Below, one piece after another: positions 8,772 to 16,642 of a stretch of DNA of 64,000 bases (its first letter is position 1; each line of letters opens with the position of its first letter). The translations under genes were made by a program, and so were the position numbers. The stretch covers positions 1,399 to 65,398 of the forward strand of contig JAKPQQ010000242.1 in assembly GCA_029557215.1 (NCBI GenBank), read 5' to 3'. This DNA comes from Fibrobacterota bacterium. GTDB taxonomy: Bacteria; Fibrobacterota; Fibrobacteria; UBA5070. The notes below the pieces were generated by a model, which did no database searches, was not told where the DNA came from, and saw only the letters and a program-made list of their open reading frames with translations.

Positions 8772-9218
8772 TCAGGCCGCGCGAGAAGACAACTCGTTCG
8801 CCACGAACACCTCCAGCGTGGTGCGCCGCAGATAGTCCATGAAGATCGAATTCGTGTGCTCGACGGTTTCCTGCAATCCTTTGGAAAGCACCCAGGAATC
8901 GTCGAACTCCGATTGGCACAGTCCGCTCCGACGGAACGCCTCCACCACGTCCCAAAGGGCGATGGCTTCCGGTTCGCGCGCGAGGACGTACCCGCCTCCT
9001 GGTCCCCTGTGCGAGCGGACGATTCCGCATTGCGTCAGATGTCCGAGCAACCGCGCCACCCAAGGACGCGGCAGTTCCTCGCGCAGGGCAAGTTCCTCGG
9101 CGGTGACCAGCACCCCGCTTTCCCAGTGCGCCGACAGGCCGGCGAGGATGCACAACGCCTTGGACAGGGTCTTTCCCAACCGCAGCGAAACCGGCAGGGC
9201 GAGCGAAGATTCATGCAT
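8772..9218 (-). CDS. Rrf2-family transcriptional regulator, last gene of the nap string
   Basis: Winged-helix Rrf2 pattern (LSKALCILAGLS...VTAEELA...PRPWVARLLGHLTQCGIVRSHRGPGGGYVLAR). The start overlaps the NrfD-like gene stop by 8 nt. The exact start is uncertain. Confidence 0.75.
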   Translation of the reverse strand: MHESSLALPVSLRLGKTLSKALCILAGLSAHWESGVLVTAEELALREELPRPWVARLLGHLTQCGIVRSHRGPGGGYVLAREPEAIALWDVVEAFRRSGLCQSEFDDSWVLSKGLQETVEHTNSIFMDYLRRTTLEVFVANELSSRAA

Positions 9219-10461
9219 GGTGGTCCTCCTGGCGCGATGGAGATCCGTCGGATCCCGATCGACGGCAGGTTCCGAGTTCGATCGGGATCGCAGCCTTGAT
9301 CAGGACCGTCAGGACGGTCAGCCCCATTCCCCAGATTCCCAACGTCACGCGGATCTCCGTCCACGAGGGATGGTAGTCGGTCATTTCCCCCAACGGCGAC
9401 GGAATCAGGCCGGGAACGATCAGGCCCATGCCCTTCTCGATCCAGATGGCCACGAACAGCGTCGCCGCCGCCGCGTAGAGCACGGGCATTTTCCGTCGCA
9501 GGGGGTTGATGGTCAGCACGAGGGTGGCCAGGACGTTCATCCCGATCGCCGTCCAGATCCACGGAACAAGGGCCGAATGCCCGTGCAACCCGAAGAACAG
9601 GTACACCGCGCTCGCCGAGTGCTCCGACACGTGGTAGAACTCCTTGAACAGCTCCGAACCCAGCATGACCAGGTTGATCTGCGCCGCCACGGTGACGATG
9701 ACCGACAATTTCCGGAGCGTCTCTTCCTTGATTTCGTAGGCGGTGTTGTGCCGCACCACCGCCAGCACCAGGAGGATGAACGACGGTCCGGCGGCGAAGG
9801 CCGACGCGAGGAAGCGCGGCCCCAGCAGTGCGTTGTTCCAGAACGGCCGGGCCACCAGTCCCGCGTACAGGAACGCCGTGACCAGGTGGATGCACACCGC
9901 CCACATCACCGACAGCACCACGAAGGGCACGTACTTGCGCTTGTCGGGTTGTTCGCCCTTCCAGTGCTTGAACAGGAGGTAGAACGGGATCAGGGTGTTC
10001 AACGCGAGATACCCGTTCAACACCAGGGTGTCCCAGGTGAGCATCGATTCGGGCCAGTTGAAGTACCCGACCACGGGGATCATGTGCCAAAGACGCATGG
10101 GGCCTCCCACGTCCACCATCACGAACGAAAGGCACATCAGGAGCGCGGCGACGGCCACACCCTCGCCCACCAGCACCGCCTTGCGGAAATCGACGTCGTG
10201 CAGGATGTAGGTGGGGAGCACGAGCATCACCGCCGCGGCCGCCATGCCCACCAGGAACGTGAAGTTCGAAATGTACAGGCCCCAGCTCACGATGTCGTTC
10301 ATGCCGGTCACGACCAGACCGTGCCGGAACTGGTCGGAATACGCCAATGCCCCGGACCCCATGAGAAAGGCCAGGAACGCCATCCAGAGGTGGTAGCGCC
10401 GTCCTCCGGCGACCGCGTTGCGGATTCCGTCGCGGAAGAAATGGATCAGGTCGCGGATCAT
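9211..10461 (-). CDS. NrfD/PsrC-family polytopic membrane quinol-interacting subunit
   Basis: 416-aa protein with ~10 hydrophobic helices and the typical NrfD-like N-terminus (GGRRYHLWMAFLAFLMGSGALAY...GLYISNFTFLVGMAAAAVML). It follows a Tat Fe-S protein gene. Confidence 0.8.
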   Translation of the reverse strand: MIRDLIHFFRDGIRNAVAGGRRYHLWMAFLAFLMGSGALAYSDQFRHGLVVTGMNDIVSWGLYISNFTFLVGMAAAAVMLVLPTYILHDVDFRKAVLVGEGVAVAALLMCLSFVMVDVGGPMRLWHMIPVVGYFNWPESMLTWDTLVLNGYLALNTLIPFYLLFKHWKGEQPDKRKYVPFVVLSVMWAVCIHLVTAFLYAGLVARPFWNNALLGPRFLASAFAAGPSFILLVLAVVRHNTAYEIKEETLRKLSVIVTVAAQINLVMLGSELFKEFYHVSEHSASAVYLFFGLHGHSALVPWIWTAIGMNVLATLVLTINPLRRKMPVLYAAAATLFVAIWIEKGMGLIVPGLIPSPLGEMTDYHPSWTEIRVTLGIWGMGLTVLTVLIKAAIPIELGTCRRSGSDGSPSRQEDHHA

Positions 10462-10486
10462 GCGGTTCGCCTTGCTCGAGGATGCG

Positions 10487-11551
10487 TCAGTCGGTGAAAT
10501 ACCAGAACTTGGGTTCGGTCCCCAGGTCTTCCTTGAGTCGGAACACCTTCTTGGTCGCCAGAACCTGTCGGATGTCGGAATCGGGATCCAGCAGATTCCC
10601 GAACACGCGCGCGCCGGTGGGGCAGGCCTCCACGCAAGCGGGATTCTTCCCTTCGCGCGACCGCGCCACGCAGAACGTGCACTTCTCCATCACGCCCTTG
10701 GTGCGCAGTCGATTGCCCAGGTAGTGCTGGGATCCGTTGATCTGGTCGACCGGAACCTCGGGCTCCTGCCAATTGAAGCGGCGCCCGAAATACGGACACG
10801 CCGCCTCGCAGTAGCGGCACCCGATGCACCAGTCGTAGTCGACCACGACGATGCCGTCCTTTTCCTTCCAGGTGGCCCCGACCGGACAGACCTTGGTGCA
10901 CGGGGGATTCTCGCAATGGAAGCATTGCGTGCCCAGGTAGAAGTGGCCTTCGGCAGGCACCTCGTGGGTGATGCTCCCGTTTGCCGATTCCAGGGACATC
11001 GATCCGGGTTCCATCTCCCAGATCTTGATGTACTGCATGTTGGTCGCGCGGTCCTGGTTGTTTTCCTCCACGCAGGCCTTCACGCACTCCATGTAGCCTT
11101 CGCACTTGGACACGTTGAACGCGTACCCGAACAGGACGCCTTCGCGGGGCGCCGTGGTCCGGATCTCGACGTCGGCTCCCTGCTCGAGCCAGGCGAGGCG
11201 CTCCAGGCGCTCCACGGTCCGGCGTTTTTCGTCGTCGGTCATGATCCGGAAGTTCTTGCGCAACTGTTCCTTGAACCGCAGGCGGAGCGCCTCGTCCTGC
11301 GGGGACTCCCTGCGCGCGACCGCGCCCGAATCCACTCCGGGTTCGACCGTATCGCATCCCGCCACGACGGCCAAGGCGGTGCCCGCTCCGGCCACGGCAA
11401 GGCCGGCAAGGATCTTGCGCCGACCTTCGTCGACCGCGGGAGCGCAGCCGCATCCTCCGGAACAAAGCGTCTTGCCGGATTCCGACTGGGCTCCGGCGGA
11501 TTCGAACCCGAAGAATTTCCCCAATTTGGAAGCGTTCATGGATGCGTCCAT
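10487..11551 (-). CDS. Periplasmic (Tat) 4Fe-4S ferredoxin-type subunit (NrfC/HybA/PsrB-like)
   Basis: Twin-arginine motif GRRKILAGLAVAGAGTALA. Cys motifs are CFHCENPPCTKVCP, CIGCRYCEAACP and CTFC...CVEACP, plus an atypical first motif CEGYMECVKAC. Start at the internal Met (MDASMNASK), overlapping the upstream gene by 16 nt. Confidence 0.8.
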   Translation of the reverse strand: MDASMNASKLGKFFGFESAGAQSESGKTLCSGGCGCAPAVDEGRRKILAGLAVAGAGTALAVVAGCDTVEPGVDSGAVARRESPQDEALRLRFKEQLRKNFRIMTDDEKRRTVERLERLAWLEQGADVEIRTTAPREGVLFGYAFNVSKCEGYMECVKACVEENNQDRATNMQYIKIWEMEPGSMSLESANGSITHEVPAEGHFYLGTQCFHCENPPCTKVCPVGATWKEKDGIVVVDYDWCIGCRYCEAACPYFGRRFNWQEPEVPVDQINGSQHYLGNRLRTKGVMEKCTFCVARSREGKNPACVEACPTGARVFGNLLDPDSDIRQVLATKKVFRLKEDLGTEPKFWYFTD

Positions 11552-12189
11552 CCCCCCTCGCGCACGGGTGCGCTGTTTTCCGGTTCGATCGCGGGCATGC
11601 GGCTCTTGAACGCGGGGTCGTGCGGATTGTGGCACCCGGTGCAGTTCTGGACCACGCGCTCCCCCGCCCAGCCTCCCAGGCGCTTGCCGTGCGCGCCGAT
11701 CGCCCAGTCCTGCGCTTGCTGGAAATGGCATTGCGCGCAGACCAGGTAGGGCTTGTTCCACCCGACACTGTCTCCGGAAAGCGTCCTGAGCGTCATGCCC
11801 TTGTCCGGCGCATGGCAAGTGAAGCAATCCATCGTCTTCGCATCGGCATGGTGCAGATCCAATCCCCAATGCGCCTTCTGGGGACCCGAGCGCTTGCCGT
11901 CCGGGACGAATCCTCCGGAGTGGCAGTCGGTGCACCGGTACTTCTTGATCTGGTCGTGGCGCGTGGCCACCCGGAACGGCGCGGGGGCGGCTCCCTGGTA
12001 CTGCGTCGGTTCGCTCGATCCGTGGTACAGGTGTTCGGCCTGCTCCGGGGGAATAGGATCGCCCTTGAAGGTCGTGTCGTCGCGGACCTTGTCCAGCACC
12101 TTTTCATGTTCGCCCGGCTTGCATCCCGCGAGCGCCCCGGCGATCGACAACAGCGCGACCACGACAAAATCCGTTCCTCTGGAGCTCAT
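11536..12189 (-). CDS. Tetraheme c-type cytochrome lipoprotein
   Basis: Lipobox LLSIAGALAGC. Four CXXCH motifs (CTDCH, CFTCH, CAQCH, CTGCH). The start overlaps the upstream stop (ATGA). Confidence 0.75.
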   Translation of the reverse strand: MSSRGTDFVVVALLSIAGALAGCKPGEHEKVLDKVRDDTTFKGDPIPPEQAEHLYHGSSEPTQYQGAAPAPFRVATRHDQIKKYRCTDCHSGGFVPDGKRSGPQKAHWGLDLHHADAKTMDCFTCHAPDKGMTLRTLSGDSVGWNKPYLVCAQCHFQQAQDWAIGAHGKRLGGWAGERVVQNCTGCHNPHDPAFKSRMPAIEPENSAPVREGGWTHP

Positions 12190-12845
12190 TTCAGGTCCTT
12201 CGCGAATCCGCCCTCGGCGACGGACGGCACGTGGCATTGGCGGCAGTTCGTGCGTTCGGGATGGCTGGTGCGGATCTCGGCGGGAGCCGAAGGTCCCGCG
12301 TGGCAGGCCAGGCAGTTGCCGCGGTATTGGATCGAGTGCGGAATCATGGGAGGCCCCGTCGGCTGCGAACGGGCGTCCAGGACCGGATGCGGAGGCTTCT
12401 TCCAGCCCGAGGGCTTGAACGCGTCGCCACCGTCGCCCGGCACATGGCACTGCCGGCACGACGTCCACTCCGGATGCGGAGTCGGAGGCGCGTAGCGATC
12501 CATGGAAGGCACGTAGCCGCCGTCCCGATGGCAATTGAGGCAGTTGAGCGTTCCGGTGCGTTCGTTCTCCTCGGAGACGGGGTGGGGAATCCACGGCGGC
12601 GCTCCGTCGAACGCGCGGCGCGCCCGGTGGCTTTCCATCGTCCGCGACTTTCCGATCGACGGCGCCGAATCCGCCAAACGGTATCCCGCCTGGAGGTCGC
12701 GGTACATGCCGCCCTGCTCGGCGTCGTGCGCCCGCGCGACGGAATCCGACACGCCCTCGACGGCGCCGTCCGTCGTGCGATCCCTTTCGCGACAGCCGGA
12801 CAAGAGCATCGCCCCGACCCACACGACCAGGAGAACCCTGTTCAT
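12186..12845 (-). CDS. napB: Tandem-duplicated NapB-like tetraheme cytochrome c lipoprotein
   Basis: Lipobox MLLSGC. Two consecutive NapB-like units, each with PP(W/M)IPH...CL(N/A)CH...(T/S)HPE...CRQCHVP, giving four CXXCH in total. It starts 5 nt after the napA stop. Confidence 0.75.
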   Translation of the reverse strand: MNRVLLVVWVGAMLLSGCRERDRTTDGAVEGVSDSVARAHDAEQGGMYRDLQAGYRLADSAPSIGKSRTMESHRARRAFDGAPPWIPHPVSEENERTGTLNCLNCHRDGGYVPSMDRYAPPTPHPEWTSCRQCHVPGDGGDAFKPSGWKKPPHPVLDARSQPTGPPMIPHSIQYRGNCLACHAGPSAPAEIRTSHPERTNCRQCHVPSVAEGGFAKDLK

Positions 12846-12850
12846 CGCGC

Positions 12851-15175
12851 TCACGCCTTCTCGACGCGCACGGCGCATTTCTTGTAGTCCGGCTGCTTGG
12901 AGATCGGACAATGTCCGTCGAGCGTCAGCTCGTTCACCAGGTAGGTTTCGTCGAAGAACGGCACGAAGACCTGCCCTGGTTCCGGAACTCCGCGACCATC
13001 GACAGAAGCGGGAAACACCATGGTTCCGCGCCGCGAAGTGAGCCGCACCTTGTCGCCGTCCTTGATCCCCATCCGTTTGGCGTCTGCGGGGTTCACCTCC
13101 ACGTAGGCGTTGGGAACAGCCCGGTGCAGAACCGGAATCCGTCGGGTCATGGAACCCGAATGCCAATGCTCGATCACACGCCCCGTGCAGAGCCAGAACG
13201 GATACTGCGCGTCGGGCGATTCTGGCGGAAGCTCGTACGGCCTGATCCACAGGTAGGCCTTGTGCTCGGGGTTCCCGTAGAAGTCCCAGCTCGATCCTTT
13301 GGCCGCAGGGTCGTACTTGCCGTGGTAGCGCCACTTGGTGGACTTGCCGTTCACGTACGGCCAGGGCACTCCGGGCTCCTTGCGAAGCACCTCCAGCGGA
13401 GCCATCCCGTGCTTGTCGCCGGCCTGGTGGCGCGCGTATTCGGTATACGATTCCGCCGCGTAGTTCGCGCGGGTCCAGGGGAACTCCTTCTTGAACCCCA
13501 GGCGGTGCGCCACCTCGATGATCTGCCAACCGTCGGGCATGGCTTCGCCCGGAGGATCCACCAACTGGTTCCAATGCTGGGTGCGGCGTTCCGAATTCCC
13601 GTACAGTCCCTCGCGCTCGATCCACATCGAACTGGGCAGGATCACGTCGGCGATTTCCGTCGTCGGGGTCGGGTAGACGTCGCTCACCACGATGAACCGG
13701 TCTTCTTTCTGGACCGCGTCGCGATAGCGCTTGAGCTTGGGCATGGTCACCATGGGATTGGTCACCTGCACCCAGAGGAACCGGATGTCGCCGCGATCCA
13801 GTCCCCGGAAGATCTCCACCGTGTGCAGACCGGGCTTGGGGTCGATCCGTTCCACGGGCACACCCCAGATTTCGGCGGCATGCTTGCGGTCGTGCTCGTT
13901 GGTCACCACGCCGTGCGGAAGCCGGTGCGCCAGCGTTCCCACTTCGCGCACGGTGCCGCAGGCCGAAGGCTGTCCGGTGAGCGAGAACGGGCTGTTGCCG
14001 GGCGTCGCGATCTTTCCCGTGAGCAGGTGCAGGTTGTAGACCAGATTGTTGATCCAGGTGCCGCGCGTGTGCTGGTTCATTCCCATGCACCAGAGGCTCA
14101 TGACCTTGCGGGACGGATCGCCGTACAACCGCGCCAGGTACCGGATGTCGGACGCCTTGACGCCGGAGATCTTCTCCACCTTTTCCGGAGTGTAGTCCTC
14201 CAGGAACTTCTTGTATTCGGCGAGATCGGTGGCGACCGGTTCGTCCTTGAAGTTCTCCTTGTCGACCAGTCCGTAGCCGATGTTCGTCTTGCCCTTCTTC
14301 ACGATCACGTGGTCGGCCAGGAACCGTTTGTCGTGCCAGCCGTTCTTCAGGATCTCGTGGGCGATGCCGTTGGCCAGCGCGAGATCGGTGTTGGGCTTGA
14401 AGATGCAGTGCAGATCGGACGCGTGGCTGGTGCGGGTGGTGCGGGTAGATAGATCGATCAGCTTGACCTTCGGGTCGTTCTGCTTGCGCTCGAGCATGCG
14501 CGAAAACAGAACAGGATGCATCTCGGCGGGATTGTTGCCCCAGGTCACGAAGACGTCGGCGTGGTCGAAGTCGTCGTAGCACCCCATGGGCTCGTCCATG
14601 CCAAAACTCGTCATGAACCCCGTGACCGCCGACGACATGCAAAGGCGAGCGTTGCCTTCCAGGTTGTTGTTGCCCAGGCAGCCCTTCATGAACTTGCTGG
14701 CCACGTAGCCGTCGGGAATCGTCCACTGCCCCGATCCGTACATGGCCACCGCGTTCTTGCCGTGCTTTTCCTGCGTCTCCTTGATCTTGGACGCGACCAG
14801 ATCCAGCGCCTCGGCGAGAGGCACCCGCACGAGCTTGCCGTTCCTGCGCACCATGGCGTTGGTCAGGCGGTCCTTGCCATAAAGCGCAAGGATGCTGTGG
14901 AAGCCTTTCACGCAGGCCATGCCGCGATTGACAGGACTTGCCGGATCGCCCTTGACCGCGACGGCCATGCCGTCCTTCACGGCCACCAGCAGGCCGCAAC
15001 CGGTCCCGCAGAACCTGCACGGGGTCTTCTGCCACTTGTAGCCGCCGTCGATGCCGCCTTGCCGCGCTTCGCCCGCGAACGCGACGCCGGGAACGAGTTC
15101 GACCGCGGCGGCCATCGCCGTCGTCGAAGCCATCATTTTCACGAACGCTCTGCGGTTGGTGTCGATTTCCGTCAT
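12851..15175 (-). CDS. napA: Periplasmic nitrate reductase catalytic subunit NapA
   Basis: Tat signal TNRRAFVKMMASTTAMAAAV. The NapA-type FeS motif is KWQKTPCRFCGTGCGLLV. Full-length bis-MGD enzyme (774 aa from Met 15175). Confidence 0.93.
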   Translation of the reverse strand: MTEIDTNRRAFVKMMASTTAMAAAVELVPGVAFAGEARQGGIDGGYKWQKTPCRFCGTGCGLLVAVKDGMAVAVKGDPASPVNRGMACVKGFHSILALYGKDRLTNAMVRRNGKLVRVPLAEALDLVASKIKETQEKHGKNAVAMYGSGQWTIPDGYVASKFMKGCLGNNNLEGNARLCMSSAVTGFMTSFGMDEPMGCYDDFDHADVFVTWGNNPAEMHPVLFSRMLERKQNDPKVKLIDLSTRTTRTSHASDLHCIFKPNTDLALANGIAHEILKNGWHDKRFLADHVIVKKGKTNIGYGLVDKENFKDEPVATDLAEYKKFLEDYTPEKVEKISGVKASDIRYLARLYGDPSRKVMSLWCMGMNQHTRGTWINNLVYNLHLLTGKIATPGNSPFSLTGQPSACGTVREVGTLAHRLPHGVVTNEHDRKHAAEIWGVPVERIDPKPGLHTVEIFRGLDRGDIRFLWVQVTNPMVTMPKLKRYRDAVQKEDRFIVVSDVYPTPTTEIADVILPSSMWIEREGLYGNSERRTQHWNQLVDPPGEAMPDGWQIIEVAHRLGFKKEFPWTRANYAAESYTEYARHQAGDKHGMAPLEVLRKEPGVPWPYVNGKSTKWRYHGKYDPAAKGSSWDFYGNPEHKAYLWIRPYELPPESPDAQYPFWLCTGRVIEHWHSGSMTRRIPVLHRAVPNAYVEVNPADAKRMGIKDGDKVRLTSRRGTMVFPASVDGRGVPEPGQVFVPFFDETYLVNELTLDGHCPISKQPDYKKCAVRVEKA

Positions 15176-15408
15176 GGCATGTCCTCGGCATGGGCGAACA
15201 CGAGAGTGGCCTGCGCCAGGCTCCCGATGGATTGCAGCGCATCGTGGAGAATCTTGTCCGACCCCGGGTCGGGCGTGTCGCTCACCAGGACGGCCAAGCG
15301 CTCCGAATCGTCCATGCGCACTTCGCAACCAGGCAGCGCCGACGCGTCGGCGACCAGGTCGACGAGGCGACCGGGTTTGGGAAACAGGATCCAGCTGGCG
15401 ACAGGCAT
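15172..15408 (-). CDS. napD: NapD chaperone
   Basis: 78-aa protein that aligns by eye with E. coli NapD (VASWIL...ALPGCEV...LAVLVSD...SIGSLAQATLVFAHAED). Its stop overlaps the napA start (ATGA). Confidence 0.78.
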   Translation of the reverse strand: MPVASWILFPKPGRLVDLVADASALPGCEVRMDDSERLAVLVSDTPDPGSDKILHDALQSIGSLAQATLVFAHAEDMP

Positions 15409-15469
15409 GGCGGTCGTTTCGGAGAAACGGCGGACGTTCCTGGAGCGAGCGGCCGGACCGCGGTGCGCT

Positions 15470-15530
15470 TCATTCTGTAATTAGAAGTATTTAATTCTTC
15501 TTTTACGAGAACGCAAGCGCATTTTCCGGC
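15470..15530 (-). promoter_or_regulatory. AT-rich putative promoter region of the napD operon
   Basis: This is the only AT-rich stretch in the 247-nt gap (ctgtaattagaagtatttaattcttcttttacgag). On the minus strand it reads TTGCGT-N17-TAAATA. It also contains the inverted repeat AATTA-N8-TAATT. Confidence 0.3.
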
Positions 15531-15628
15531 ATTGTCGAGCCGATCCGACGATCCCTATCCGGAAACAGGCATGCTCCGAACGCCAACGGACTCTGGTCCA
15601 AAACCGCATAACTGGGCGAACTCTCCAC

Positions 15629-15646
15629 GGTCGCCATGTGGCGACC
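15629..15646 (-). terminator. Terminator-like hairpin after the nasS-like gene
   Basis: GGTCGCCA-TG-TGGCGACC, a perfect 8-nt inverted repeat 10 nt beyond the stop at 15656. There is no adjacent U-tract, so the call is weak. Confidence 0.3.
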
Positions 15647-15655
15647 GCCGAGCGA

Positions 15656-16642
15656 TCATTCGACGAAGACCTCGCGATGGAACGCCTGGAGGCAGATGCG
15701 GTCGAGGTCCGACTCTAGGGCCGTGCTGGGAAGATGCCCCCACCAGACCAGACGTTCCAGGAGCGGCAGAAGCTTGGCCGGCGAAGGCTCGTTGACGCCG
15801 GTGAACCGCAGGAATCCCGGACTGGACACGACGCGGTTCCAACCCGCCTGGAGCTTGCGTTCCAAGGCGTTGCGCACCAGCTGCGCCTGGGTGTTCACGT
15901 AGAACTTGTCGGCCAGGATCCGGGTGGCCTCGTCCAGGTTCGCCGGATCCTCCAGCCAGCGCGACGCGGCGGCCAGCGCCAGCAGCACGGATCGGTGTTC
16001 CTGGGTGTTCGATTCGTGCCAGGCGCGACGCACGGCCAGGACCTTCTCGGGCACGTCCCCCATCACCTGGTCGCCCAGGGCCACGATACCCCCCAGCTTG
16101 GAGGTCGTGGTCCGCTGGTTCCAGGGTTCGCCTGAACAGAATCCGTCAATCTGTCCCTCGCGCATCCGCCGCGCCATCTCCTGCGGCGGGCAGACCTGCA
16201 GGGAAATCCGCGGACCGACTTCCAGTCCGCCGGACTGGAGCCATTCGCGCAGGGTCAGTTCCTGGGTGGATCGCTCCATCACGATCCCGAAGTTCAGGTT
16301 CGAACCGGGATTGGCCTCCAGCCAGCGCTGGAGGTCCGAACCGTCGGCGACTCCGTCGCGGCAGAGCCGGTTGGACAACGTGATGGCGTTGGCCGAGCTG
16401 GAAAGCACCCAGGCGGTGGCGAGGGGCTCCTCGATCCCGGCGGCACCGGCCGCGGCGAGCACGGGCAACGTCGCCAACAGGTGCGCGCCGTCCAATTCGC
16501 CTTGCTGGAGCCGTTCCAGCAGCTGCGTCCAGTTCTGGAGCTTGCCGAGCTTGACTTCCACGCCTTCGCGCGCGAAGAAGCCGATCTCCTTGGCCATCAC
16601 GAGCGGCGCGCTGTCCACCAGCGGAAGAAATCCGATCTTCAT
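15656..16642 (-). CDS. nasS: Signal-less NrtA/NMT1-type nitrate-binding protein (NasS-like sensor)
   Basis: Starts MKIGFLPLVDSAPLVMAKEIGFFAREGVEV with no signal peptide. This is the periplasmic-binding-protein fold pattern of NrtA/NasS. The start overlaps the stop of the upstream reductase (ATGA). Confidence 0.7.
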   Translation of the reverse strand: MKIGFLPLVDSAPLVMAKEIGFFAREGVEVKLGKLQNWTQLLERLQQGELDGAHLLATLPVLAAAGAAGIEEPLATAWVLSSSANAITLSNRLCRDGVADGSDLQRWLEANPGSNLNFGIVMERSTQELTLREWLQSGGLEVGPRISLQVCPPQEMARRMREGQIDGFCSGEPWNQRTTTSKLGGIVALGDQVMGDVPEKVLAVRRAWHESNTQEHRSVLLALAAASRWLEDPANLDEATRILADKFYVNTQAQLVRNALERKLQAGWNRVVSSPGFLRFTGVNEPSPAKLLPLLERLVWWGHLPSTALESDLDRICLQAFHREVFVE

